Position numbers and translations under genes: made by a program. A stretch of DNA of 33,385 bases from a virus (taxonomy: Duplodnaviria; Heunggongvirae; Uroviricota; Caudoviricetes): the IMG/VR virus record IMGVR_UViG_2565956726_000001, one strand, 5' to 3'. The notes below the pieces were generated by a model. That model made no database searches, was not told where the DNA came from, and saw nothing but the letters and a program-made list of their open reading frames with translations. This document shows positions 7,226-16,097 of this stretch, in pieces; positions within the stretch are counted from its first letter, which is position 1; each line of letters opens with the position of its first letter.

Positions 7226-8156
7226 ATTAACCGGCTATGTATGGGATGGTTGCGCAGCGTCAGGCATGAAATTATCCAGCGTGGCAATTATGGCCCGCCT
7301 GGCTGATTTCAGTAATGACGAAGGTGTGTGCTGGCCATCGATTGAAACCATTGCCCGCCAGATTGGCGCGGGGATGAGTACAGTCAGAACGGCTATCGCA
7401 CGGCTGGAAGCAGAAGGCTGGTTAACGCGTAAGGCGCGTCGCCAGGGTAACCGCAATGCGTCGAATGTTTATCAGCTTAACGTTGCGAAGCTTCAGGCTG
7501 CGGCATTTTCTCAACTGTCAGATTCTGACCCGTCAAAATCTGACGCATCAAAATCTGACCCGTCAAAATTTGATGCGTCGAAATCTGGCAAAAAAGCGGG
7601 TTTTCACCCGTCAGAATCTGGCGGGGATCCGTCAGTAAAATCAAAACATGATCCGTCAGATAAAAAACCTTCTCGTCCGGACGCTTCGCAACCGGACACG
7701 CAGACGGCTGAACAGGATTTTTTAACTCGCCATCCTGATGCGGTTGTATTCAGCCCTAAAAAGCGCCAGTGGGGGACGCAGGATGATTTGACCTGCGCAC
7801 AGTGGCTCTGGAAAAAAATCATCGCCCTGTACGAGCAGGCTGCCGAATGTGACGGCGAGGTGGTTCGTCCCAAAGAACCGAACTGGACAGCCTGGGCAAA
7901 CGAAATTCGCCTGATGTGTGTGCAGGATGGTCGTACTCACAAACAAATCTGCGAGATGTACAGCCGCGTCAGCCGCGATCCGTTCTGGTGCCGTAACGTG
8001 CTCAGCCCGTCGAAGCTGCGGGAAAAATGGGATGAGCTTTCCCTGCGCTTATCGCCGTCCGTAAGCACGTACACCGAAAAACGCGAAGACGCGTACTTCA
8101 AAGCCAGTTACGACAACGTGGACTACAGCCAGATCCCGGCAGGATTCAGGGGGTAA
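7215..8156 (+). CDS. Replication initiator (lambda O-like; N-terminal winged-helix, internal iterons)
   Basis: 313 aa; N-terminal HTH region; iterons inside the gene are translated as repeated DPSKSDASKSDPSK; GAGGT SD. Confidence 0.8.
   Translation: MSTKLTGYVWDGCAASGMKLSSVAIMARLADFSNDEGVCWPSIETIARQIGAGMSTVRTAIARLEAEGWLTRKARRQGNRNASNVYQLNVAKLQAAAFSQLSDSDPSKSDASKSDPSKFDASKSGKKAGFHPSESGGDPSVKSKHDPSDKKPSRPDASQPDTQTAEQDFLTRHPDAVVFSPKKRQWGTQDDLTCAQWLWKKIIALYEQAAECDGEVVRPKEPNWTAWANEIRLMCVQDGRTHKQICEMYSRVSRDPFWCRNVLSPSKLREKWDELSLRLSPSVSTYTEKREDAYFKASYDNVDYSQIPAGFRG
7515..7650. repeat. Origin iterons (ori) within the O-like gene
   Basis: About six to seven ~15-16-bp direct repeats of CCGTCAAAATCTGAC-like units followed by an A-rich stretch. 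Confidence 0.6.
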
Positions 8157-8158
8157 TC

Positions 8159-8647
8159 ATGAGTCTTTTGAATGAAGTTCAGAAATTCATTGAAGCCCAT
8201 CCGGGGTGTACTTCCGGAGACATTGCGGATGCTTTTGCAGGCTACTCACGGCAGCGCGTTCTGCAGTCAGCAAGCAAGTTACGTCAGAGTGGGCGTGTGG
8301 CTCACCGTTGTGAAGGGGATACACGCAGACATTTCCCGCGCCTGACTGAGAGAGCGCAGGAGCCGGAACCACAACCAGTTCGTGAAACCAGACCTGCGCG
8401 CAATTTCTATGTCGGCACTAACGATCCACGGGTAATTTTGTGCCTGACCCGCCAGGCTGAAGAACTGGAGTCCAGGGGCTTATACCGTCGTGCTGCAACC
8501 GTGTGGATGGCGGCATTCCGTGAAAGCCACTCCCAACCAGAACGAAACAATTTTCTGGCGCGTCGTGAGCGGTGTTTACGGAAAAGCAGCAAGCGCGCTG
8601 CATCGGGTGAAGAGTGGTATCTGTCAGGGAATTACGTGGGGGCTTAA
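8159..8647 (+). CDS. PerC-family-like protein (C-terminal RAAxxW motif) with N-terminal HTH-like extension
   Basis: 162 aa; segment LESRGLYRRAATVWMAAF resembles PerC/Pch regulators; call is by recall. Confidence 0.45.
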   Translation: MSLLNEVQKFIEAHPGCTSGDIADAFAGYSRQRVLQSASKLRQSGRVAHRCEGDTRRHFPRLTERAQEPEPQPVRETRPARNFYVGTNDPRVILCLTRQAEELESRGLYRRAATVWMAAFRESHSQPERNNFLARRERCLRKSSKRAASGEEWYLSGNYVGA

Positions 8648-9300
8648 TGAGTAATAAATATTGCCAGGCGCTGGTGGAACTGCGGAACAAACCAGCCCAT
8701 GAACTGAAGGAAGTGGGCGATCAGTGGCGCACGCCGGACAACATTTTCTGGGGAATTAACACCCTGTTTGGCCCGTTTGTTCTGGATCTGTTCACTGACG
8801 GTGATAACACCAAATGTGCTGCGTATTACACGGCGGAAGACAACGCGCTGGCGCATGACTGGTCAGAACGTCTTGCGGAGCTTAAAGGTGCTGCCTTTGG
8901 TAATCCCCCATACAGCCGCGCCAGTCAGCATGAGGGGCAATACATCACAGGCATGCGTTACATCATGAAGCATGCCAGTGCCATGCGTGATAAAGGTGGG
9001 CGCTATGTTTTCCTGATCAAAGCTGCCACCAGCGAAGTGTGGTGGCCGGAAGATGCAGATCATATTGCTTTTATTCGCGGGCGTATTGGTTTTGAACTGC
9101 CTGCCTGGTTTATCCCGAAAGATGAGAAGCAGGTGCCGACAGGCGCTTTCTTCGCTGGTGCTATTGCTGTTTTCGACAAGACCTGGAAGGGACCGGCAAT
9201 CAGCTACATCGGGCGCGATGAACTTGAGGCATGTGGTGAGGCGTTTCTGGCGCAGGTTCGCCAGCAGGCGGAAAAACTGGTCAGGGAGATGGCGGCATGA
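8647..9300 (+). CDS. Phage DNA N6-adenine methyltransferase (Dam-type)
   Basis: NPPY catalytic motif (GNPPYS); ATG 8647 overlaps previous stop (TAATG). Confidence 0.8.
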   Translation: MSNKYCQALVELRNKPAHELKEVGDQWRTPDNIFWGINTLFGPFVLDLFTDGDNTKCAAYYTAEDNALAHDWSERLAELKGAAFGNPPYSRASQHEGQYITGMRYIMKHASAMRDKGGRYVFLIKAATSEVWWPEDADHIAFIRGRIGFELPAWFIPKDEKQVPTGAFFAGAIAVFDKTWKGPAISYIGRDELEACGEAFLAQVRQQAEKLVREMAA

Positions 9301-9623
9301 CGACGTTAACTCAATGCCAGCAGCAGGTGCTGGATATGCTGATTTCTTATCAGAAAGAACGTGGCTTCCCGCCAACCAATCAGGAGGTGGCAACCATGCT
9401 GGGATACCGTTCAGTGAATGCAGCGGTGGAGCATCTTCGCGCACTGGAGAAAAAAGGCGTCATCACGATAAAGCGTGGTGTGGCCCGGGGGATCACGCTT
9501 CATACCGTGGTGAAGGACGACGACAGCGAGGCGGTCGGGATTATCCGCTCACTGCTTGCCGGTGAGGAAAACGCCAGGCTGCGTGCAGCCCACTGGTTAC
9601 ATGAGAGGGGCCTGAAAGTATGA
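9297..9623 (+). CDS. LexA DNA-binding-domain-only protein (no S24 peptidase domain)
   Basis: 108 aa; aligns by eye with the LexA N-terminal wHTH (PPT..E.A..LG.RS.NAA.EHL.AL..KGVI); start overlaps the methyltransferase stop (ATGA). Confidence 0.6.
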   Translation: MTTLTQCQQQVLDMLISYQKERGFPPTNQEVATMLGYRSVNAAVEHLRALEKKGVITIKRGVARGITLHTVVKDDDSEAVGIIRSLLAGEENARLRAAHWLHERGLKV

Positions 9624-10015
9624 AGCTGATCCTACCTTTTCCGCCCAGCGTGAACACGTACTGGCGACACCCCAACAAAGGGGCGTTTGCTGGTAAGAGC
9701 CTGATAAGCGCGGCGGGGCGAAAATTCCAGAGCGCGGCGTGTGCAGCAATAGTTGAGCAGTTACGTCGTCTGCCGAAACCAACGTCGGCACCTGCTTCAG
9801 TGGAGATCGTGTTGTTTCCTCCGGATAACCGGATCCGCGATCTGGACAACTATAACAAGGCGCTGTTTGACGCCCTGACCCACGCGGGTGTGTGGGAAGA
9901 CGACAGTCAGGTGAAAAGAATGCTGGTGGAGTGGGGACCGGTTATCCCGGAGGGGAAGGTCGAGATCACTATCAGTAAGTACGAAAAAGCGAGTTGCAAA
10001 TTAGCAACTCGGTAA
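9620..10015 (+). CDS. rusA: RusA-type Holliday junction resolvase
   Basis: 131 aa; characteristic RDLDNYNKALFDALT acidic motif; ATGA overlap with upstream gene. Confidence 0.8.
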   Translation: MKLILPFPPSVNTYWRHPNKGAFAGKSLISAAGRKFQSAACAAIVEQLRRLPKPTSAPASVEIVLFPPDNRIRDLDNYNKALFDALTHAGVWEDDSQVKRMLVEWGPVIPEGKVEITISKYEKASCKLATR

Positions 10016-10060
10016 CGGAATTGAGCAACACCCTAAATTTGGGTATTACCTCGTTAAAGA

Positions 10061-10080
10061 TACTGTATTTATGAACAGTG
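10061..10080. promoter_or_regulatory. LexA (SOS) box TACTGTATTTATGAACAGTG
   Basis: CTGT-N8-ACAG with AT-rich spacer, close match to consensus TACTGTATATATATACAGTA; lies in the intergenic region upstream of the KilA-N gene. Confidence 0.6.
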
Positions 10081-10177
10081 TATCCTTGATAACTATTAAA
10101 AATCGCAGTAAGTTCATCCTGCATCAACGAAAAGGGAGTGCAGTCCCGCTCGTGGATAAAAATTTGTGGAGAAACCA

Positions 10178-10993
10178 ATGAATCAGTTGCTTGTAATTGA
10201 TGGCGTTTCTGTGCGCCAGTACTTCGAATCTAACTACTGTCTTAACGACCTTCAGAAAGCAGCTCTTCTTGCCGCTGGTGAGAATCGCTCCTCCCGTTCG
10301 CTGGAAGTTCACGAGTTTATGCGTCGTCCTGAAACGAAGGCTCTTGTGGAATTATTGGAAGAAGAAACTACGGGAGATTCCCGTAGTATTCCTGTCATCA
10401 CCATTCAGGGGCGCAATGGTGGGACGTATGTCTGTAAAGAGCTGGTCTATGCATATGCAATGTGGATCAGCCCGGCATTCAGCTTAAAAGTGATACGTAC
10501 TTTTGATGCGCTTCATAATTCATCACCAGAAGAAACCACATCCGACAAAATTAAATCCGGGGTCATTCTGCTTGAATCAGCAGCAAAGACTCTAAATCTG
10601 TCAAACTCCTCGAAACTTGGTGCATACCAGAAATTATCAAAGGTAGCTGGTCTTCCTGAACTTATGCCGATCTATGCCATTGATGCACCTGCTGATGCGC
10701 CAGATGGTTCAAGCCGCCCTACGCTGTCGCTGAGTGCACTGCTGAAGCAGTATGGTATCCGCCTGACGGCTAATCAGGCATATCACCAGATGGCGAAGCT
10801 GGGGATCGTTGAACAACGCGAACGATACAGCCGTACCGCGATTAACAACATCAAAAAATTCTGGTCGCTGACCGCGAAAGGCTGCATGTTCGGCAAGAAC
10901 ATCACCAGTCCTGCAAATCCGCGCGAGACGCAGCCGCATTTCTTCGAATCCCGATTCCCTGAGCTGTTAAAGCTGCTCGATACCGTTCATTGA
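10178..10993 (+). CDS. KilA-N domain protein (antirepressor-like)
   Basis: N-terminal KilA-N signature (GTYVCKELVYAYAMWISPAF); ATG 10178 with GGAG SD; the track ORF starts 12 nt earlier. Confidence 0.7.
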   Translation: MNQLLVIDGVSVRQYFESNYCLNDLQKAALLAAGENRSSRSLEVHEFMRRPETKALVELLEEETTGDSRSIPVITIQGRNGGTYVCKELVYAYAMWISPAFSLKVIRTFDALHNSSPEETTSDKIKSGVILLESAAKTLNLSNSSKLGAYQKLSKVAGLPELMPIYAIDAPADAPDGSSRPTLSLSALLKQYGIRLTANQAYHQMAKLGIVEQRERYSRTAINNIKKFWSLTAKGCMFGKNITSPANPRETQPHFFESRFPELLKLLDTVH

Positions 10994-10994
10994 G

Positions 10995-11990
10995 GTGACC
11001 GTGAGAGCACTACTGACCCCTGAAATTGCCCCGCGTATGGGGATCGTATTGTTCAGACCAGGTTCAGAGCTGATGCCCTTGTTTATGCAGGGGCGTGTCC
11101 TGCTGGAGCCTGAGCCGGAACGTTATTCATCTTTCGCCAGTGGTGCCGTTCCGGCGGCATCACAACCGCTGGCGGATGATCCTGCCGTTCGGGCCGTGTT
11201 CCGCAATGAGGCAGTGATCCGTCGTGCTGGTGGCGTGGAATGTCTTGAAAGCTGGTTACTTCGTGAAAAAGGCTGCCAGTGGCCTCATTCCGACTGGCAC
11301 AGCGAGAACATGACAACAATGCGACACGCTCCGGGCGCAATCCGTCTGTGCTGGCACTGCGATAACCAGCTGCGCGATCAGTTCACGGAACGGCTGGAAT
11401 CAATGGCAACGGATAACTGTGCCCGCTGGGTGTTGTCTGTTGTGCGTCGGGATCTCGGTTTTGATGACAGTCATGTTGTGACAATGCCGGAACTGTGCTG
11501 GTGGCTGATTCGTAATGATCTGGCGGATGCCTTACCGGAAAGTGCAGCCCGTAAGGCACTGAGATTACCGAAGCCTGTTGTGCCGTCTGTTACCCGGGAA
11601 AGTGACCTTGTGCCTTCGGTTCCTGCCACCAGCATCATCCAGGATAAGGCGAAAAAGGTGCTGGCGCTGAAAGTGGATCCGGAGTCGCCGGAGTCTTTTA
11701 TGTTACGCCCAAAACGTCACCGCTGGGTTAATGAAAAGTACACGCGCTGGGTTAAGACGCAGCCGTGCGCATGTTGTGGAAAACCTGCTGATGATCCCCA
11801 CCACCTGATAGGCCACGGTCAGGGGGGAATGGGTACAAAAGCGCATGACCTTTTTGTGTTGCCTTTGTGCAGAAAGCATCACGACGAGCTGCATGCGGAT
11901 ACCGTGGCATTTGAAGAGAAGTATGGCTCCCAGCTGGAGCTGATATTTCGTTTTATCGATCGCGCACTGGCGATTGGTGTGCTGGCCTGA
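10995..11990 (+). CDS. DUF968-type protein with C-terminal Cys/His cluster (possible HNH-like fold)
   Basis: 331-aa ORF; C-terminal [39 protein letters not shown]; start may be GTG 11001 rather than 10995. Confidence 0.6.
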   Translation: MTVRALLTPEIAPRMGIVLFRPGSELMPLFMQGRVLLEPEPERYSSFASGAVPAASQPLADDPAVRAVFRNEAVIRRAGGVECLESWLLREKGCQWPHSDWHSENMTTMRHAPGAIRLCWHCDNQLRDQFTERLESMATDNCARWVLSVVRRDLGFDDSHVVTMPELCWWLIRNDLADALPESAARKALRLPKPVVPSVTRESDLVPSVPATSIIQDKAKKVLALKVDPESPESFMLRPKRHRWVNEKYTRWVKTQPCACCGKPADDPHHLIGHGQGGMGTKAHDLFVLPLCRKHHDELHADTVAFEEKYGSQLELIFRFIDRALAIGVLA

Positions 11991-12007
11991 TTTTGTGGAG
12001 AAAGTTA

Positions 12008-12391
12008 ATGCGTGATATTCAGATGGTTCTTGAACGTTGGGGAGCGTGGGCGGCTAATAATCATGAAGATGTGACCTGGTCGTCCATTGCCGCCGGTTTT
12101 AAGGGATTAATTCCTTCAAAAGTAAAATCTCGCCCGCAATGTTGTGACGATGACGCGATGATCATTTGCGGGTGCATGGCCCGTCTGAAAAAGAACAACA
12201 GCGATTTACACGATTTATTAGTAGATTATTATGTATGTGGTATGACATTCATGTCACTGGCAAGTAAGCATTGCTGCTCGGATGGTTATATCGGGAAAAG
12301 GTTACAGAAGGCTGAGGGCATAATTGAAGGGATGTTAATGGCATTAGATATCCGGTTAGATATGGATATCGTTGCTAATAATTCTAATTGA
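12008..12391 (+). CDS. quuD: Late-gene antiterminator Q (QuuD-type, about 127 aa)
   Basis: Sequence recalled as near-identical to DLP12 QuuD; ATG 12008 with GGAG SD. Confidence 0.8.
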   Translation: MRDIQMVLERWGAWAANNHEDVTWSSIAAGFKGLIPSKVKSRPQCCDDDAMIICGCMARLKKNNSDLHDLLVDYYVCGMTFMSLASKHCCSDGYIGKRLQKAEGIIEGMLMALDIRLDMDIVANNSN

Positions 12392-12423
12392 TATGCAATT
12401 GTTTACTAAAAGTTATTAAAAAT

Positions 12424-12442
12424 GGGGCGTGGAAACGCCCCC
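12424..12442 (-). terminator. Probable intrinsic terminator for the porin transcript
   Basis: GGGGCG-TGGAAA-CGCCCC hairpin followed on the minus strand by AUUUUUAAU. Confidence 0.45.
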
Positions 12443-12527
12443 AAAATAAAGGGTAATATATAACAGAAGGTTTATATAGTAAGAAGCAAGGTAGTGCTTC
12501 TAAAGGAAGTGGCTTGAGGGCTCCACT

Positions 12528-12568
12528 TATATGTTGCGGAGGCAAAGCCTCCCGCAACATATCTTTTT
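12528..12568 (+). terminator. Intrinsic terminator on plus strand (tR'-like, downstream of Q)
   Basis: 15-bp near-perfect stem ATATGTTGCGGAGGC/GCCTCCCGCAACATAT followed by CTTTTT. Confidence 0.5.
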
Positions 12569-12579
12569 CGTAAGTCAGA

Positions 12580-13662
12580 TTAGAACTGATAAACCAGACC
12601 TACAGCGACGATGTCGTCGGTATCAATACCAGCTGTTTTGGTAAACTTACTATCGTCAATTAAGTTGATTTTGTAATCAACAAAAGTGGACATGTTTTTA
12701 TTAAAGTAGTAAGTAGCACCGACATCGACATACTTGACTAAGTCTCGGTCACCATGAACACCAAGGTCTTTACCTTTTGACTGAAGGTAAGCAACAGATG
12801 GACGCAGACCGAAGTCAAACTGATATTGTGCTACTGCTTCAAAGTTTTGTGCTTTGTTTGCAATATGGTTATTACCAAAAACGGTCATATTCTGAGTTTC
12901 AGAATATGTGGTAGCCAGATAGATATTGTTCGCATCATATTTCAGGCCTGCAGCCCATACTTCCGCATTTTTGCCGGAGGCATTGAATTTGCTCTTACCA
13001 TAGGCGACCTGACCGTCAGTGCGATCTGATTTAGCATAGGTTGCACCCACGCCGAATCCTTCATACTCATAAGTAGTGGAGAAACCGAAACCATCACCAT
13101 TGGCTTCAGTTACGTCAGTGCGGTCATTTTTACCCTGATACTGAGCAGCAAAGTTCAGGCCATCGACCAGACCAAAGAAGTCGTTGTTACGATAAGTTGC
13201 AACACCAGTAGTGCGACCAGTCATGAACACATCTGTTTGGGTCCAGGTATCACCACCGAATTCTGGCAGGACGTCAGTCCACGCACCGATGTCGTATGCT
13301 ACACCGTAGTTACGGCCGTAATCGATTGAGCCGTAATCACCAAATTTCAGGCCTGCAAATGCAAGACGGGTTTTGTCTTTGGAAGAACCTTGAGATTCAG
13401 CACGGTTGCCTTTGAATTCATATTCCCACTGACCGAAACCAGTCAGTTGATCGTTGATTTGGGTTTCACCTTTGAAGCCAAGACGGGCATAAGTAGTATC
13501 ACCATCATCTGCATCATTAGAGGAGAAGTAGTGCTTGGCATTAACTTTCCCGTATAGATCCAGCTTGTTACTGTCTTTATTATAAATTTCAGCTGCCTGA
13601 GCAGACATCGCCATCAGTACTGATGCAGCTACAGCAGAAATTGCCACTGTTAATTTTTTCAT
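12580..13662 (-). CDS. nmpC: Prophage-encoded general porin (OmpC/NmpC/Lc family) with signal peptide
   Basis: 360 aa; signal peptide ending AQA-AE; terminal aromatic residue (..VGLVYQF); located between Q and the lysis genes in reverse orientation, as in DLP12. Confidence 0.9.
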   Translation of the reverse strand: MKKLTVAISAVAASVLMAMSAQAAEIYNKDSNKLDLYGKVNAKHYFSSNDADDGDTTYARLGFKGETQINDQLTGFGQWEYEFKGNRAESQGSSKDKTRLAFAGLKFGDYGSIDYGRNYGVAYDIGAWTDVLPEFGGDTWTQTDVFMTGRTTGVATYRNNDFFGLVDGLNFAAQYQGKNDRTDVTEANGDGFGFSTTYEYEGFGVGATYAKSDRTDGQVAYGKSKFNASGKNAEVWAAGLKYDANNIYLATTYSETQNMTVFGNNHIANKAQNFEAVAQYQFDFGLRPSVAYLQSKGKDLGVHGDRDLVKYVDVGATYYFNKNMSTFVDYKINLIDDSKFTKTAGIDTDDIVAVGLVYQF

Positions 13663-14090
13663 TGTACGCCCTTTTTTTTGAACTATTATTAAAAAATGAT
13701 GTCACTGCGCGATAAATATTCATCTAATCAATGCGATTATTTCAAGATGTAAGTTTTAGTTTCTCATTTAATTTGTGAAGTAGATCTCTATTTTTATCTA
13801 AACCTTTTCTATCTAATCCTATTCATGGCTCTTGTTTGAACGAAAATAAATCTATTAGCTAATTTATATTAATGGCACTTATTTATAAGAGATCTATAAT
13901 TCTTTAGCTTAATTTAAACAAACTAAAAATAACATCGGAAATTATTCATTGGTTATTTGTTGAAGTTTTCTTATGTATTTGTGGTGGTGTTTTGAACACT
14001 CGGTGGCATTCTCACAAATATCATTTAGTAGTTTACGTACGTAAAAAATTGGTTATGCTGTTAAGAGTGGTTACTTCGTCACACAGCTTA

Positions 14091-14122
14091 AACCCGCCGT
14101 CGAGCGGGTTTTTCCATTTTTT
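14091..14122 (+). terminator. Intrinsic terminator upstream of the lysis cassette
   Basis: AACCCGC-CGTCGA-GCGGGTT hairpin followed by TTTCCATTTTTT. Confidence 0.5.
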
Positions 14123-14251
14123 GAGTCTCGATATTAGCTGATAACCCAATACCTGAGTTATTCACTGACTCCGAATCTGTTACGTTTCTGCCTTTATTGC
14201 GATACGTAGTATCCCCTTAATTTACACCCGCTTTGTCTGCGAGGTGGGGTT

Positions 14252-14467
14252 ATGAAATCCATGGATAAGTTAACAACGGGTGTCGCCTATGGCACCTCAG
14301 CAGGTAGTGCCGGATACTGGTTTTTACAGCTGCTAGATAAAGTCACGCCCTCACAGTGGGCGGCAATTGGAGTGCTGGGTAGCCTGGTATTTGGCCTGCT
14401 GACGTACCTGACAAACCTTTATTTCAAGATTAAAGAAGATAAGCGCAAGGCTGCGAGAGGTGGATAA
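14252..14467 (+). CDS. S: Class II holin (phage-21 S-type pinholin), dual-start motif MKSMDK
   Basis: 71 aa, close to recalled S21 sequence ([17 protein letters not shown]...); two in-frame Met codons separated by a Lys codon. Confidence 0.9.
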
Positions 14468-14964
14468 TGCCTCCATCATTACGAAAAGCTGTTGCTGCTG
14501 CTATTGGTGGCGGGGCTATTGCTATAGCATCTGTGTTAATCACTGGCCCAAGTGGTAACGATGGTCTGGAAGGTGTGAGACATAATCCTTACAAAGACAT
14601 AGTTGGTGTATGGACTGTATGTTACGGGCATACAGGAAAAGACATCATTCCCGGTAAAACGTATACCGAAGCAGAGTGCAAAGCCCTCCTGAATAAAGAC
14701 CTTGCCACTGTCGCCAGACAAATTAACCCGTACATCAAAGTCGATATACCGGAAACAACGCGCGGCGCTCTTTACTCGTTCGTCTACAACGTGGGTGCTG
14801 GCAATTTCAGAACATCGACGCTTCTTCGCAAAATCAACCAGGGCGATATCAAAGGCGCATGTGACCAGCTACGTCGCTGGACATACGCTGGCGGTAAGCA
14901 ATGGAAAGGGCTGATGACTCGCCGTGAGATTGAGCGTGAAGTCTGTTTGTGGGGGCAGCAATGA
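14467..14964 (+). CDS. R: SAR endolysin (phage-21 R-type lysozyme with N-terminal signal-anchor-release domain)
   Basis: 165 aa; hydrophobic Gly/Ala-rich N-terminus then a lysozyme-like catalytic region (call by recall); TAATG overlap with holin stop. Confidence 0.9.
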   Translation: MPPSLRKAVAAAIGGGAIAIASVLITGPSGNDGLEGVRHNPYKDIVGVWTVCYGHTGKDIIPGKTYTEAECKALLNKDLATVARQINPYIKVDIPETTRGALYSFVYNVGAGNFRTSTLLRKINQGDIKGACDQLRRWTYAGGKQWKGLMTRREIEREVCLWGQQ

Positions 14965-15398
14965 GCAGGTTAACCGCGATTATCTCCGCTCTGGTTATCT
15001 GCATCATCGTCTGTCTGTCATGGGCTGTTAATCATTACCGTGATAACGCCATTACCTATAAAGAACAGCGCGATAAAGCCACGTACATCATCGCTGACAT
15101 GCAGAAGCGTCAACGTGACGTAGCAGAACTCGATGCCAGATATACAAAGGAGCTTGCTGATGCTAACGCGACTATCGAAAGTCTCCGTGCTGATGTTTCT
15201 GCTGGGCGTAAGCGCCTGCAAGTCGCCGCCACCTGTGCAAAGTCAACGACCGGAGCCAGCGGCATGGGCGATGGAGAAAGCCCAGGACTTACAGCAGATG
15301 CTGAACTCAATTATTACCGTCTCCGAAGTGGAATCGACAAGATAACCGCGCAGGTTAACTACCTGCAGGAATACATCAGGACGCAATGCCTGAATTAA
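14961..15398 (+). CDS. Rz: Rz i-spanin
   Basis: ATG 14961 overlaps R stop (ATGA); N-terminal TM segment plus coiled-coil periplasmic domain. Confidence 0.85.
   Translation: MSRLTAIISALVICIIVCLSWAVNHYRDNAITYKEQRDKATYIIADMQKRQRDVAELDARYTKELADANATIESLRADVSAGRKRLQVAATCAKSTTGASGMGDGESPGLTADAELNYYRLRSGIDKITAQVNYLQEYIRTQCLN
15160..15345 (+). CDS. Rz1: Rz1 o-spanin lipoprotein, embedded in +1 frame of Rz
   Basis: Signal peptide with lipobox (LLGVSAC) followed by Pro-rich mature region; entirely inside Rz. Confidence 0.7.
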   Translation: MLTRLSKVSVLMFLLGVSACKSPPPVQSQRPEPAAWAMEKAQDLQQMLNSIITVSEVESTR

Positions 15399-15429
15399 TT
15401 TTTTTGCAAATCACAAAGTCCATTTAATG

Positions 15430-15484
15430 AGCCTCGCGATGCGGGGCTTTTTGCAATAAATGCGTACCGCAACGCATGTTTTTT
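15430..15484 (+). terminator. Two tandem intrinsic terminators after the lysis cassette
   Basis: Hairpin AGCCTCGC..GCGGGGCT plus T5 (15430-15452) and hairpin ATGCGT-ACCGCA-ACGCAT plus T6 (15460-15484). Confidence 0.6.
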
Positions 15485-15599
15485 ACACCGAACCTGCCCC
15501 TTTGGAATGGGCCTTTGAGGATACCAGTTAGTGCTGGCGAGCCTCGGTGGGCTGGTTTCCTGTGCGGCAAAGGTTCATTTCAAAGAGTAGGTACACGCT

Positions 15600-16097
15600 A
15601 TGAAATCATTAACCCTCTTCAATCAACCAATTCGTATCGGTGAAGATGGCATGATCTGCCTCACTGATATGTGGAAAGCCAGTGGTAAAAGTGAATCTGA
15701 ATCGCCTTACCACTACCTGCGAAACAAGCAGACCAAAGAGTTCTTAGCCGAGCTGGAGAAAAACCACGAATCTGTGGTTTTTACTGAGCGCGGTGTACAC
15801 GGTGGAACATATGGCGGGAAGTTTGTTGCTTACGATTATGCGGCTTGGTTAAACCCCGGGTTCAAGTACGCGGCCTATAAAGTCCTCGATGACTACTTCA
15901 CCGGAGAACTTCAGCATCGCAACAGCTTAAGTGCGCAGCTCAACATGAAATGTCATGAGTTTGACCAGAAGAAAGACATGGCGAGCTTCTGCGGACAAGG
16001 GCTGGCAGCATGGCGCTATACGAAGCCAGTGTTGGTCGCTGAGATTAACTCCCTGGCTAACCAGCTGCAGATTACGATCCCCGGGCTTCCGGGATGA
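15600..16097 (+). CDS. KilA-N domain protein (second copy in window)
   Basis: 165 aa with KilA-N-like core (GTYGGKFVAYDYAAWLNPGF); occupies the position that bor holds in lambda. Confidence 0.65.
   Translation: MKSLTLFNQPIRIGEDGMICLTDMWKASGKSESESPYHYLRNKQTKEFLAELEKNHESVVFTERGVHGGTYGGKFVAYDYAAWLNPGFKYAAYKVLDDYFTGELQHRNSLSAQLNMKCHEFDQKKDMASFCGQGLAAWRYTKPVLVAEINSLANQLQITIPGLPG

Larger units (their letters stand above)
12413..12579 (-). ncRNA. Candidate IpeX-like sRNA / structured 3' UTR of the porin gene
   Basis: About 165-nt non-coding tail between porin stop and the minus-strand terminator, containing a long stem-loop; the assignment rests on recall that IpeX maps downstream of nmpC in DLP12. 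Confidence 0.3.

Noticed and set aside
8863-9444. 193-aa minus-strand ORF across the methyltransferase and LexA-like genes
   Set aside because: Antisense to two well-supported plus-strand genes with translational coupling; low-complexity product.
13663-14250. Possible CRISPR array or tRNA in the AT-rich spacer upstream of the porin
   Set aside because: No regularly spaced direct repeats and no tRNA-like structure seen; sequence looks like AT-rich promoter/regulatory DNA with a terminator hairpin at 14091-14122.
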